A DNA stretch of 64,000 bases from Prorocentrum cordatum (lineage: Eukaryota), in the NCBI GenBank assembly GCA_963575745.1, contig CAUYUJ010000303.1, forward strand, positions 434,001 to 498,000, written 5' to 3'. Both the position numbers and the translations under genes were made by a program. How positions within the stretch are numbered: the first letter of the stretch is position 1; each line of letters starts with the position of its first letter. This document shows positions 1 through 12,500 of this stretch, one piece after another. The notes under the pieces are model-generated. The model was not told where the DNA came from. It did not search any database and saw nothing but the letters and a program-made list of their open reading frames with translations.

Positions 1-308
1 CCGCATGTGGACACCCCCACTGGGGCCTTCGGTGGAGCTCCCTATTGGGCTACGAAACGCTGCGCTGGGTGGGGGAACCGCATGTGGACACCCCCACTGG
101 GGCCTTCGGTGGAGCTCCCTATGGGGCTACGAAGCGCTGCCCTGGGTGGGGGAACCGCATGTGGACACCCCCACTGGGGCCTTCGGTGGAGCTCCCTATG
201 GGGCTACGAAACGCTGCGCTGGGTGGGGGAGCCGCATGTGGACACCCCCACTGTGGCCTTCGGTGGAGCTCCTTATGGGGCTACGAAACGCTGCCCTGGG
301 TGGAGGAA
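1..308. repeat. Tandem array of a 77-bp unit (4 copies visible, cut by the window edge)
   Basis: The unit CCGCATGTGGACACCCCCACTG...CTTCGGTGGAGCTCC...GGGCTACGAA... starts at 1, 78, 155 and 232. Confidence 0.93.
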
Positions 309-459
309 CCGCACGCGGGCAGGAGGAGGGGGGGGTGGGGAGGAGGGGGGAGGAAGGAAGGAAGGAAGGAAGGAAGGAAGGAGAGGAACGCGGGGCACCG
401 TCTCTTCAAAACGAGGACCCAACACCACATGATGGTTGGGAACAAAACCAATGCGAAAG

Positions 460-892
460 TGTAGATGTAGATGTAGATGTAGGTGTAGATGTAGATGTAG
501 ATGTAGATGCAGGTGTAGATGTAGATGTAGATGTAGATGTGAATATCGCTGTTGATGTTGATGTAGATGTAGATGCAGCTGTAGATGTTAATGTAGCTGT
601 CGATGTAGATGTAAATGTTGTTTTCCTAGATGCTCCAACTCCTAGGTAGGGTCGCACTGGGATAATCGTATTCGTCTTCGTCGTTGCCGTTGTCGCCCAC
701 CCCCTCATCACCACCATTATCGTCCACGTCCTCATCTGCTCATCGGCATCACCACCGCCACCATCATCATCAGCAGCAGCATCAACATCAGCATCATCAG
801 CATCATCAGCATCATCATCATCATCATCATCATTATCATCATTATCAGTATCATCATCAGCACCATCATCATCATCATCAGCAGCATCATCC
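460..892. repeat. (GTAGAT)n hexamer tract (460-620) and (CAT/CAG)n trimer tract (~720-892)
   Basis: Directly visible simple repeats. Confidence 0.92.
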
Positions 893-901
893 CCACCATG
901 A

Positions 902-922
902 TCCGTACCCTTTCGGCTCGAG
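902..922 (+). other. Relic dinoflagellate spliced leader
   Basis: TCCGTACCC-TTTCGGCTCGAG aligns 18/22 to DinoSL DCCGTAGCCATTTTGGCTCAAG and lies 45 nt upstream of the first ATG of the GT17 gene. Confidence 0.72.
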
Positions 923-967
923 GTGGAGTCCGAGCAGGCAAGTAAGCGCGGCCCCGAGCGGTTAATC

Positions 968-2138
968 ATGGGACGTACGAGCGGCCATGAGCGGTTAATC
1001 ATGGGCTACTACTGCATCCGATACGCTCTCACAGCCGGCGCCGGGCTCACGGTCGGCTTCTGCCTGGGGGCTGCCGCGGGCCTGGCGAGATTGTCCGACT
1101 TGGCGGGAGCCTCGTACGCAATCTCCTTCGGTTTCCAAGGGCTGCAGGAAAGCGCAGGGTCGCCGCCCGGGCGGCCAGCCCTGTGCGCGGGCGAGCCCAC
1201 CACAGGCGTTGGCGTGGCCGTGCCTGTAACGGCAGCGACCGAGCGGGCCAGACCCCTGGTCCTGGCGGCGGCGAGCGTGGCGCAGGAGTTCGGGATCGAT
1301 GGGCTTTGCAAGTATTTCGGCTGGACAGCTCGTCCAGAGGGTCAGCGAAGACCGCGTCTATTTTACTGCACCCTCGTCGGGAACAACGGCCAGCAGGACG
1401 TCTATGACCTGACTTTCGCAGAGATCTATCCGCTCGTTGATCGGATCGTTGCTTTGGATCCTTTAGTGACCCTGACAGGAGCTCCAAGGCAGCCGAGCTT
1501 GAACATGTCTGACGCGAGGTGGAAGCGCTATGGGGACAAGCTGCGGCACGTCGTGTTGGAGAATCCGATTCCAGAGTGGAACCCCAAACTATTTCCGAAA
1601 TGGTCTTCAGAGCAGCGGGATAAGTTGAGCAGGCCAGGGCATCACCAAAGCACGGATCCGTTCATCTTGGAGGAGTGGATCCGCGCCCAATTCCAAAGGG
1701 GCTTGCAGGACTCCGCGGGCACATGGGAGTTGCACAAAGAGGACATCCTCATCGTCGCGGACTCTGACGAAATCCCGCTTCGTGAGTCTCTTGTTGCCCT
1801 CGCTGAGTGTGAGAGCACCGCGTTCGCGGAGGTGAAGCGCAAGCTGGCTGGGGGCAGAAAACCACAAGACGCATGCGTCAAGGACGCGAAGGTACTGTTG
1901 CTTTCCCAAGTGTTTGAGTATTACATCGATTGTCCCACCACCGTTCCTGCGTGGTGGCACCCAGACGCTATCCTCGCGGTCTGTGTCATGGATGGCGGGA
2001 TCGACATGCAGGAGGTCCGCACTGGCAGCTCTGGCAGTATGACGCCTGTCATGGCCTCCCGTCACATCCATAATTTTGCGATGTCTAACGATGAGGTCAT
2101 CTTCAAGTACACGCACTACGCGGAGCCTAGTGTGCCAG
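968..2138 (+). CDS. Glycosyltransferase family 17 (beta-1,4-N-acetylglucosaminyltransferase III/MGAT3-like), exon 1
   Basis: N-terminal hydrophobic anchor (ALTAGAGLTVGFCLGAAAG), then EIYPLVDRIV..TLTG, DPFILEEWIR, EDILIVADSDEIP (GT17 DxD motif, cf. DDLLIMSDVDEIP), ALAECE and HNF..EVIFKYTHY. The start could be ATG 968 or 1001. Confidence 0.82.
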
Positions 2139-2429
2139 GTCTGAAAGAGCGTGTTCTAACGTTGCTGGCAGAAAACCAGGGAGGGTCACTGGGGGGTTCC
2201 AACCCGCCCCCCCCCCCTCTCGACAAGCAGGGGGGGTCACTGGGGGTTCCGACCCCCCAATTCTCCCCCCGTCCATCATGAAATGGAGGGGGGTCACTAC
2301 CGGTTCGAACCCCTTCCCCCCCCCTCCTGGAAAATCTGGAGGTGTCACTAGTTACCGGTTCGACCCCCCCCCCTCCCTTCCCCTCCTCCCTCGCCGCAAC
2401 GACTCCCCGTCCTCTCCCACTCCAGATGG

Positions 2430-3515
2430 GGGACTGGCGGGGACAATGGTTGGGACGGTGGTGGGGATGGTGGTTGGGAGTGGGGACAGTGGCAAGAGCA
2501 GGACACTGGTGGGGACAGTGGTGGGAACAGGGGGGGTAGTGCGACAGTGGTGGGGACACTGGCGGGGACAGTGGGGACAGTGTTGGGGACTTTGGGGACA
2601 ATGGGACAGATGTGGGGACAATGGGGACAGTGGGACAGTGGTGGGGGCGGTGGTGGTGGGGACAGTGGTGAGGGCGGTGGTCAGGATATTGGGACAGTGG
2701 TACAGTGGGGAGAACGGTGGGGACAGTGGGGACAGTGGGACAGTGGTGGGGTGGTAGGGACATTGTGGACAGAGGGGCATCACAGTGGGACAGCTCAGTG
2801 AGACAGTGGGGACAGTGGGGAGAGTGGGACCGTGGTGGGGACAGTGGGGACAGAGGGGAGAGTGGTGGGGACAGTTGGGACAGTGGGGAGAGTGGGATCG
2901 TGGTGGGAGCAGTGGTGGGAACAGTGGGGGTAGTGCGACAGTGGTGGGGGCACTGGCGGGGACAGTGGGGACAGTGGTGGGGACAGTGGTGGGAACAGTG
3001 GTGGGAACAGTAGGGACAGTGGGACAGTGGTGGGGACAATGGGGACAGTGGGACAGTGGTGGGGACGGTGATGGGGGGGACAGTGGCGAGGGGACAATGG
3101 GACAGGGGTTGGGACAGTGGGACAGTGGCGGGGACGGTGGTGGTTGGGACTGGTGAGGGCGGTGGTGAGAACGGTGATGGGACAATGGGACAGTGGTACA
3201 GTGGGGAGAGTGGTGGGGACAGCGGGACAGTGGTGGGAACAGTGGGACAGCTCAGTGGGACAGCGGCGGGCATAGTGGGGAAGGTGGAACAGTGGCGGGG
3301 CCAGTGGGGACTGTGGGAGTTGAGGGGAGAGTGGGGTCAGTGGGGAGAGTGGGACCGTGGTGGGGACAGTGGCGGGGACAGTGGGGACAGTGCGACGGCG
3401 GTGGGGCATTGGTGGGGACATTGGGGACAGTGGTGGGAACAGTGGGACAGTGGGACAATGGTGGGGACAGTGGGGACAGTGGGACAGGTGAGGGCGGTGG
3501 TGAAGACTGGTGGGG
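2430..3515. repeat. GGGGACAGT(GGT) minisatellite
   Basis: Dozens of degenerate (G)GGGACAGTG units, strongly G-skewed. Confidence 0.93.
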
Positions 3516-3669
3516 ACCGGGAGTCTTTTGCCGGCGGCGAGGGGGGGGGCAGGTAGTTCGAACAGGTAGTGACCCCCCCCCCGTTTTCCAGAGAAGCGGG
3601 GGGGGAGGGGTTAGGGGGGGGGGGGTGCCGGGGGAGGAGGGGGGGGGGGGGGGGGGAGGGGGGGGGGGT

Positions 3670-4262
3670 ACAAGCTAGGTGCGCTCGCGTCATATCTGAC
3701 GTCCTACCCCTCCCTCCCATCCCTTACCATGGCGCTGATTTTCTCTATCCGCGGACGCGTGTCGTAGCGGACCTGTGGCTCCGCGCGCGCGTGCGTAGTG
3801 GGTGGTGGTGCGCGTGCGTGCGTGCGTGCGTGTGTGCGTGGTTGTGGTGGTGGTGGTGGTGCTGGTGCTGGTGGGTGGGTGCTGGTGCTGGTGCTGGTGC
3901 TGGTGCTGGTGGTGGTGGTGGTGGTGGTGGTGGTGGTGGTGGTGGTGGTGCAGCGCGGTGGTGGCGGGCGGATGGGCGCGCGAGAAGGAGGCCCGCGCTG
4001 GGGCGAGAACGCCATCCTGAACGACGGAGGCCAAACACCGATCCGAAAATGAGGCCCACGCTGCAGAGGGAGCACGATTCGGAACGATTCGGGAGCAGAA
4101 ATGAGGCCGGCGCCTCAGCGAGAGCAGCATTTTGAAAACAAACGCAAGCGAAAACCCGTTTCCCGGGAATCATGTGTGTAAAAAACAGTACGCGGGGGGG
4201 TTTCGGGTTTCTTCGGGACGCCATCAGGGGAAGTGGGAGAGTATTTTCATATTGTGTAATTG
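3670..4262 (+). repeat. Dispersed ~0.6-kb repeat, nested in the intron element
   Basis: Near-identical to the reverse complement of 22440-23076 (e.g. CATATCTGACGTCCTACCCCTCCCTCCCATCCCTTACCATGGCGCTGATTTTCTCTATCCGCGG and GGGAAGTGGGAGAGTATTTTCATATTGTGTAATT). Confidence 0.9.
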
Positions 4263-4367
4263 TCGAGCAGGGGGAGGGGATTTTCGGAGGGGGGGGGGCG
4301 GGTTCCGGAGGAAGGGGAGGGCGAAATTTTCCACAGTAGAGCGGCGGTGGATCCTTCTCTCTCCCAG

Positions 4368-4708
4368 GTCTAGACGCTGGGCTGTCGGCCCCGACGATTG
4401 ACGAGATGCGCTGGCGAGCCTGCGACCCGAATGCATTTGACATTGGGCCTGGCGGCTGGTACATGGACGTCGTCAGGCCGTCCAATGAGCTCGTCAACCC
4501 GGCCAACACGCGTGGGTACCACCTGCCCGCGGAGCAGCGGCGTGGGATCGACAGGCCTCTCGCGCTGCTCGAGGAGAGGCCAGAGTTGGCCGCGAAGATC
4601 TTCTGGAAGGGGCACGACGAGCACGTGAACCCCTTCGTGGGGAAGCCGGGCGGGCATCACGACTTCTCGCCAGGCTGGGAGGAGAAGCGTCGGAAGCCAG
4701 GGTGGTGA
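4368..4708 (+). CDS. GT17 glycosyltransferase, probable exon 2
   Basis: A pyrimidine tract plus CAG at 4365-4367 gives a phase-1 in-frame join with exon 1 (..AEPSVPG|LDAGLSAPTIDEMRWRACDP..). The frame is non-repetitive and open to TGA 4708. Confidence 0.7.
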
Positions 4709-4799
4709 TGCTCTCGGGTCGGATCGGGTCTGGCATGGCATTCGGATGCAGTGCGGAACACCGTTGAGCCCGCGGGCTGAGCTCGGACATGCCATGATG

Positions 4800-5490
4800 G
4801 CGCATGCGTCCCGCACATCCAGTACAGCGTTTCGTGGCCCCCTCCTCCCTTCTCCCTGCGTCTCACCCACCCAGCACAGCGCTTCGTGGCCTCACAGGGA
4901 GCCCCACCGAAGGTCCCAGTGCTGCCGTCCGCATGCGTCCCGCACACCCACTACACCGTTTCGTGGGCCCCTCCTCCCTCCTCCCTGCGTTCCACCCACC
5001 CAGTACAGCGCTCCGTGGCCCCATGGGGAGCCCCACCGAAGATCCCAGTGCTGCCGTCCGCACGCGTCCCGCACACCTGATTTGGCATTTTCACCCACCC
5101 AGTACAGCGCTTCGTGGCCCCATAGGGAGGGCCTCCGCTGGCCCAAGACGCCCCATCGTTCCAAGACGGCCCCAGAGGCGCCCCAAAAGGGCCCGACAAC
5201 GGTCCACCAGGGCTCCCAGACGGGCCCCAGAGGGGCCCAAAACGGCCCAAGAGGGCCCCAAGACGGCCCAAGACGGCCCCAAAGAGAGCCTCAAGAGGCC
5301 CAAAGAGGGCCCAAAGAGGCTCCCAAAAGGGCCCCAAGAGAGCCTCAAGACGGCCGCAAAGGGCCCCAAGACGGCCCAAAATTGTCCCAAAAGCGTTCCA
5401 GAAGGGCTCCACACGGTCCCCAGAAGACCCCCACGAGGCCCAAGAGACGATCAATAACACCATGGCTCCCATCAGCGAGCGGGAACGTAG
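4800..5490. repeat. Inverted relatives of the 77-bp unit (4800-5125) followed by a GGCCCAAGA-type degenerate minisatellite
   Basis: CAGCGCTTCGTGGCC..GGGAGCCCCACCGAAGGTCCCAGTG resembles the reverse complement of the 1-308 unit. ACGGCCCAAGA/GGGCCCCAAGA repeats occupy 5135-5450. Confidence 0.8.
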
Positions 5491-6499
5491 CAATTATGTG
5501 GCAACTGCTGGGCGCAACTTTGTAACCTAATGGCTGCTTGTTTGCAGTTTAGTTGTAGTTAGCTGCTATTAGTTGCCGGTAGGTGCTGGTGCCCGCGCAC
5601 GTTTGGTTGGCGCCGTCCATGGGTCACACCTGGTCGTCTTAGAGGCCATGCTGGGCTGCGCCTTAGGCATTTTGGGCCATCTTGGCCTCGAGCAAAGGAC
5701 GCATTGTGTTTTCGAAGGGTCGTGGCCCTGGGAGCGCGGCCCCATGGTTTTGTTTTCACGAGAGACGAAGCCCTCGGGAGAGGAGGGCGTGTACACGGCA
5801 TTCCGCATCCCTGGAAGACGTGTCTATTTTGCGTTAAACGCGTATAGACTCGCGGCGCTCTCGTTCGAGCGCGGTGCGCGAGTGTCTAAAACAACCAGTT
5901 ATTATAGACATGAATAGACGCGCGGCGCTCTCGCTTGCACGGCGTGCTCGAATGTCTAAACGTGTTCATTTTTCAAGCAGTGTCTAACATTTTACGCCGT
6001 GTCTATTCTGCCGTGTCTCAACATGTCTAAACGTGTCTAAACATGTCTATGCTCGCATGTATATTTCGTGTCTAAACGTATGGCCGGGTATTTTCCCCCA
6101 ACTGACTGGCGAGTGACGTCCCAGCATAGATATCCAGAAAAAAAGCGGAACGAACATGCGAGTCACGAGCCAATTTCGGGCGCTCAGAAAAAAAGGCTGA
6201 CAATTACGACATGTGAGTAAGGTGCCAATTGTAGCCATCGGAAAAACGACGAGAGAAAACTCATGGCTGAGATGGTGCCGACTGTTTGGGAGGCAAGGGC
6301 TCCCTCGAGGGTGCGAAGCTAGTCGCGCTTCGCGCTCCCGGGGTGGCGGCGCAAAAGCGCGAAGTTATTCGCGCTTCGCGGTCTGAGCCTACGACGGTTC
6401 GCAGAGCGAAGGTGGACGCGCTTCGCATCCTTGGAGCTAGGACAGCAGGAGATTGCAGCGCGAGGCGCGAAGTTATTCGCGCTTCGAGTAGAACCCGTG

Positions 6500-7315
6500 G
6501 AGTTTCGATAAGGTTAGGGTAAGGTGTTCGGAGGCGCGCAGAGCGGAACCCAAGGTATTCGGATTGGGTTCTCACGCTGGGCCCCTGAGGTTTAGACGTC
6601 GTTGCCCTCGAGGTGGGGCCAGTGAGTTCGGATAGGGCTTTGTAGGGAGGCCAGTGAGTTAGGATGAGGTTTTCGCTCGCAGCCCAACGGATTCGGAGAC
6701 GAATTTCGCGCGTAAGCCTGGTGTTGGGATAATGTTGTCGCAGGGAGGCAAGTGAGTTAGGATTAGGTGTTCGTAGGGAGGCAACAAGTGAACTAGGATA
6801 AGGTTTTCGCTCGCAGCCCAATGGGTTCGGAGAAGAATTTGGCGCGTAAGCCTGGTGGTAGGATAAGGTTTCTGTAGGGAGGCCAGTGAGTTAGGGTAAG
6901 GTTTTCGTTCGCAGCCCAATGGATTCGGAGAATAATTTGGCGCGTAAGCCTGGTGCTAAGACAAGGCTTTCGTAGGGAAGCCGTTGAGTTAGAATAAGTT
7001 TGTCGCCGGCAATCCAATGGGTTCGGAGAAGCATTTCGCGCGCAAGCCTGGTGTTAGGATACGGTTTTCGTGGGGAGGCCAGTGAGTTAGGATAAGGTTT
7101 TCGTAGGGGAGCCGCTGAATTAGGATAATGTTTTCGATCGCAGCCCAATGGATTCGGAGAAGCATTTTGCGCGCAAGCCTGGTGTTAGGATACGGTTGTC
7201 GTGGGGAGGCCAGTGAGTTAGGATAAGGTTTTCGTAGGGGAGCCGCTGAATTAGGATAAGGTTTGCGATCGCAGCCCAATGGATTCGGAGAAGCATTTTG
7301 CGCGCAAGCCTGGTA
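6500..7315. repeat. Degenerate ~100-130 bp tandem repeat
   Basis: Recurrent GCAGCCCAATGGATTCGGAGAAG..GCGCGCAAGCCTGGTGTTAGGATA..GAGGCCAGTGAGTTAGGATAAGGTTTTCG, about 6 units. Confidence 0.88.
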
Positions 7316-8422
7316 GACAGTGGGACAGTGGTGGGGACGGTAGTGGAGGGGACAGTGGTGAAGGCGGTGGTGAGGACAGTGTGGGACAGTAGTACAGTGG
7401 GGAAAGTGGTGGGGGCAGTGGGGACAATGGGACAGTGATGGGGACAGTGGGGACGGTGGGACAGCACGGTTGGACAGCGGCGGGGACAGTGGGACAGTGG
7501 TGGGAACAGTGGGGACAGTGGGACAGTGGTGGGGACCGTGGGGAAAGAGGGGGGAGCGGGACAACGGTGGGGAGAGTGGGAACAGTGAGACACTGGTGGG
7601 GGCACTGGTGGGGACAGCGGGGACAATTGTGGGAACAGTTGGGACAGTGTGACAGTGGTGGGGACTGTGGTGGTGGGGACAGTGGTGTGGGAACAGTGGG
7701 AACGTTGTGGAAACAGTGGGACAGTGGAGGGTACAATGGTGGTGGAGACAGTGGTGAGGGCGGTGGCGAGGACGGCGGTGGGATAATGGGACAGAGGTAC
7801 AGTAGGGACAGTGGTGGGGACACTGGGGGCAGTGGTGGGAACAGTGGGACAGCTCAGTGGGACAGCGGCGGGGACAGTGGGACAGCGGGGACAGTGGGAC
7901 AGTGGTTGGGGCCGTGAAGAAAGTGGGGAGACTGGAACCGTGGTCGGAACAGTGGCGGGGACAGTGGGGTCAGTGCGAGGGTGGAGGGGGCACTGGTGGG
8001 GACAGTGGGGACGGTGGTGGGAACAGCGGGGACAGTGGTGGTGAGGACAGTGGTGCTGGGGACAGCAGAGGGGGATGTGGTGCGGACGGTGGTAGGGACC
8101 CAGAGTTGTTTGTTGGCGGTGAGCGTGGGGGGGGGGAGGGGTTCGAACCGGTAGTGACCCCCTCGGTTTTCGAGAGGGGGGGAGGTTCGAACCGGTAGTG
8201 ACCCCCCCTGGTGTTCGAGGGGGGGGGGGGGTTCGAACCGGTAGTGACCCCCCCCGGTTTTCGAGGGGGGGGAAGGGTTCGAACCGGTAGTGATCCCCCC
8301 GGTTTTCCGGAGAGGGGGGGGGCCCGGTAGTGGCCCCTTCCGGTTTGCCGGAGGGGGGGGGTTAAGGGATGGGGGGTGGGGGGAATTTTTCATAGTAAAG
8401 CGGCGGTGGATCACGCTCTCTC
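7316..8422. mobile_element. Second, left-truncated copy of the GGGGACAGT TIR element
   Basis: Same minisatellite, four GGTTCGAACCGGTAGTGA subterminal motifs (8139-8295), and the right end AGTAAAGCGGCGGTGGATCACGCTCTCTC matching 4336-4363. Confidence 0.75.
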
Positions 8423-9289
8423 ACATACTCGTACGGATGCATGTGAAAATGTCTGCGCATGCCTGAGTGTGTGTCCGTGCACAGCCACACACTACGATTT
8501 TCGCGGGATTCGCGGAGGCTGTTTGGGGTTTTTCTTGGGGCAGCGTTTCGTGGCCCTACAAGGGGGCTCCACCGAAGACGATGCCTACAACAGCGGTGCT
8601 CACAATTGCATATGGTTGGGTCTTTCGCCAGGCCAATTCAAATTTACCCCCCGTCTATTTTTGCACATCAGACCATCATTAAGGCACCCGTCACCATCGA
8701 AGAAAGATCCCAGGAAGCTTTCGAGGGCCTCAAATCATCGAGCACCTAAAGCAAGTTGATGATTTTGTGGTTTCCGCATTCCCCCTTCTATACGCTTCCG
8801 AGGCTTGCGCAGGGACTCCAACAAGGTCGTTAGATACACAAGGCGCTTCAACAATTGCGATTCCATGCGTTAGCCTGTCGGGCCCAGCTAGAACTTGAGC
8901 GCGCGCGAAACGCGCGCGATGGTTATAGTATATATGGTCGAGGGTTTGCCCCCCCCCCCAATGCTAATGCCGTCGGGCCCCCCCCTTCCGCGCGATGCCC
9001 CCCCCCCTCCCCCTGTGGGCGTGGGCGTGGCGTGGTGGCTCCCCCCCCTGTGGATGTGGTGTGGGTGTGGTGTGTTGCTGTGGGTGTGTGCGGGGTGACG
9101 CCATGGTCCTCCTCCCCCCTTCCCTCCCCCCCTGTGGGTGCGGTGTGGGTGCGGCGTGTGGCTGGGATTGGCGTCATGTTGACAGCTCCGGTGCTCGACG
9201 TCGTGGCCGCCGCCGCTGGTGGTGCCGTCGACGTCGTCGTCGTTGTCGTCGTCGTTGTCGTCGTCGTCGTCGTCGTTGTCGGTGTCGGT

Positions 9290-9350
<61 letters not shown>

Positions 9351-9508
9351 TTGCCGTCGTCATTGCCGTCGTCATTGTCCATTGTCCTCCTCCTCCTCCT
9401 CCTCCTCCCTCCTCCTCCTCCTCCTCCTCCTCCTCGTCGTCCTCCTCCTCCTCCTCCTCCTCCTCCTCCTCCTCCTCCGCCGTCCTCCTCCTCCTCCTCC
9501 TCCTCCTC

Positions 9509-12500
9509 GCCGAGCAGACATTTTCCTGGGCCAGGAGACACACTTGCACGGCACCGTGGCGTGCGCGACGCAGGAGGACTGGGCGAAGAGGGCCAAGTGG
9601 AACTTGCAGCTGGACCCAGCAGTGCCCACAGGTCGTGGAGGCACCAGCGGCGGCCTATGTATTGCAACGCAGCCGTGGCGTGGTCTGGCGAGCTACCCAT
9701 GCGTAAGCACGAGGTTCGACATCGCACGTGGCCGCGTACAGCTGAGATGCTGGAAAGGATGGCTTCCAGGAGGCGTGGTGGTTGCAAACGTCTACCTGCA
9801 CCACAGCGAGGGCATGACAGCCAGGAATAGGCTCCTGGTCAACCTCCTCGCACGAGAGCTGAAGCGGCTAGCTCGGCCTTTCATCATTGGAGGCGACTTC
9901 AACATGCACCCCACGGAGCTGGCCAAATCAGGAATATTCGAGAAGCTGAGGGCCGAGCCGATCTTCACCCAGGAGGCAACGCTGGGCGACTTGGCGGAGG
10001 GCTCCGTGCTTGACTACTGGGTCCTGCCGAAGGCATTCGTGCCGAGGGTCGAGTCCTGCTTCGTCATCCACACCACCACCATCAAGGATCACCGCCCAGT
10101 CGGACTCAAGCTGAAGAACGGTGTGGTGGAGGACCTGATCACGGTTCACAAGGCCCCCGCCAGTTTCCCAGCTACGCGGCTCATTGGGCCTGGGCGGGAG
10201 GTGGCGACATCCTGGGGTGAGGCCACGGCGGCCCTGGGGGAAACGGAGGGCTGTCAGGAGGCCTTGGCGAACGGATTCGCGGCCTTCATGCAGGGAGCCG
10301 AGGAGGAATTGGGCAGCATGTTCCATATCCCGAAGGACGACATGCCGAAGTACACAGGGCGAGGACTGGAGCCGCGCTTCGTCAAGATACACCCCACGAG
10401 GCGGAACAACGCGGCGGTGGCCAAGGCATCACCAGAGGCACGGCAGGCCCTCTGGCTGCATGACCGGTTGCGTGAGCTCCAGCGGGCATACGAGAGAGAC
10501 GAGCTGAGGCACCGCCTGGCAGCGAAACGACTCCTCGACACTCTGGAGCGCTGGAATGGCTCCATCATGAAGACTCAAGATTGGCACCACTTTGAGGCGC
10601 ATTGGCAGCGGCTGCGCAAGCTCACGATCGATGACCTGGCAATGCTGGCGGATCAGGCCCAGAATGTGAGCGTGCGCCTCTCCAAGGAGTTCGAGAAGGC
10701 ACGGTGCCGCTCTTTTGACGCCTGGGCGAAGCGGGCCACGTTGAACGGCGCTGGCCTCGCCCGCAAGTGGACGCGTGGGCCCACGGGTGCGGGAGCAGGG
10801 CTGCTGGCCAACGGCGTGGCAGCGGACGTGCAGGATGCTGCCGACAAGTTCTGCGCTGACTGGCTCAAGCAGGTCTGGAACGTCCACGAGCCCATGAGAG
10901 CCACCAGCTGGGACGAGATCAAGCACCACGTGCTGGACGCGCCCGCGGCTGGAGCTATCAGAACGGCGAGCAGGAGGTTCAAGCATCGGACGGCCCTGGG
11001 CTCCGACGCGTTTCACCCAAGGTGGTTCGCGATGCTGTCCGACGAGGCTCTGACCTTTCTGGGCCAGCTCATGGCTTACATGGAGAGGGTCGGCAACCAG
11101 CCGAGGCAGCTGACCACCATCATCGTCTTCCTCGCCAAGAAGGAGGGCGGGGTGAGACCCATCGCTCTACTAGGAGGATTTCTTCGTGTCTGGACAAAGG
11201 TACGTCGGGCACAAATGCAGCAGTGGGAGGACGAGCATGACCTGCCATGTTTTCACAACGCAAGCGGCAGGACGGCCGAGCGGGCCGTCTGGGACCAGGC
11301 CGTCTATCAGGAGTGGGCACTCAAGGTCGGCATGGTCACGGCCTCCAACCAGCTTGACATGACCAAGGCATACGAGAGGGTGGGCCACCAGACGCTCTGG
11401 GACGAAGGCTGCGCCAGCGGCGCCAACCTGGTGCTACTGCGCACCAGCATCAGCATATATGCGGGCCCGCGGCGGTGCAAGGTCGACGACGCGGTCTCGG
11501 GCGAGGTCGAGCTGAGCTGCAGCATCTTGGCGGGCTGCGGGTTCGCGACATCATGGCTGAAGGTCCTCATGTACCGCAGCCTGAGGCTGTTCGGAGACAG
11601 GTACCAGTGCATCCAGCTATTCGCCTTCGTAGATGACATCACCATCCTCTGCATCGGGTCACAGCGGTTCCTACTTAAGGTAGCAGCGGACGGCCTGCAG
11701 TATCTCATCGAGCTCCTCCGCAAGCTGGGTTTCGAGATCAATGGCTCGAAGTCCATTATCGCGATCTCCACAGCGTACACGGGCAAGTGGATCGCCGAGA
11801 AGGTGCACGCGCACACGGCGCAGCGGCTACAGGTCAGGCAGCACCGCCGCAACCTGGGCGTGGACTCGATGGTGGGAGCAAGGAGGCGCACCAAGGTCAT
11901 GGACACAAACTTCGACAAGCAGAGGCGCCGCCTCGGACGGGTCACGTGCCTCAAGCGCAAGGCGCAAAGTCGGGCAAGGTGGGCAGGATGGGCATGCAGC
12001 CTGCAATGACGTACGGTGCAAGCGTGCTCGGCAGGAGCGACTCGCAGCTGCACATGATCAGGGCGGCGGTCGGAGCGGCAATGTTGTTCACCGACGCGGC
12101 AAGGCGCTCGCTCACGCTGTCCTTCATGTTGGAGGGGAGCAAGCAGGACCCAGCCTATGCCGTCAACGCGGCGCCGCTGGTCGAGTGGGCGAAGGCGGTC
12201 TGGACTAAGCGCATCCCCACCCACATACTGCAGGGAGCACTTGACCGAGCAGAGGAGACTCAGCGGAGCAAGCTGCACCCATGGGCCGCCGCGGTCGGGC
12301 CAGCGGGGGCGATGCTAGCCACGGCAAGGAGGATAGGCTGGCAAGTGACTTCGGCCAGCAGGTGGATCTCTCACGACGGCGAGGAGCTGGAGCTGGGAGA
12401 AGGCGTGGGGCCACGGGCGATCAAAGGTTTGCTGGACAGAGCCATCGAGCGGTGGCAGTACACGCAGATAGGTATGCATGAGGGGCTGGAGCACCTCAAG

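Larger units (their letters stand above)
2143..4363. mobile_element. Non-autonomous TIR element forming the GT17 intron (intron 2139-4367)
   Basis: Flanked by the 8-bp direct repeat CCAGGTCT (2135-2142 and 4364-4371). Degenerate TIRs at 2143-2165 and 4341-4363. Subterminal GTCACTACCGGTTCGAAC motifs in inverted orientation at ~2180-2365 and ~3556-3575. Internal GGGGACAGT minisatellite. Confidence 0.75.

Noticed and set aside
1..308. CRISPR array or protein-coding ORFs
   Set aside because: Head-to-tail 77-bp units without unique spacers; the ORFs are repeat translations.
2116..3720. Pro/Thr/His-rich or Gly/Trp-rich ORFs
   Set aside because: Translations of the GGGGACAGT minisatellite, open in many frames.
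5665..5691. Spliced-leader relic (GCCATCTTGGCCTCGAG)
   Set aside because: Partial match with no convincing downstream gene; lies among dispersed repeats.
8995..9508. N-terminal extension of the 1004-aa ORF
   Set aside because: Derived from the foldback arm and GTC/CCT microsatellites; recognisable endonuclease sequence starts at ~9509.
11940..11975. Programmed ribosomal frameshift in LINE-A
   Set aside because: No slippery heptamer; a single missing base (mutation or sequencing error) explains it.
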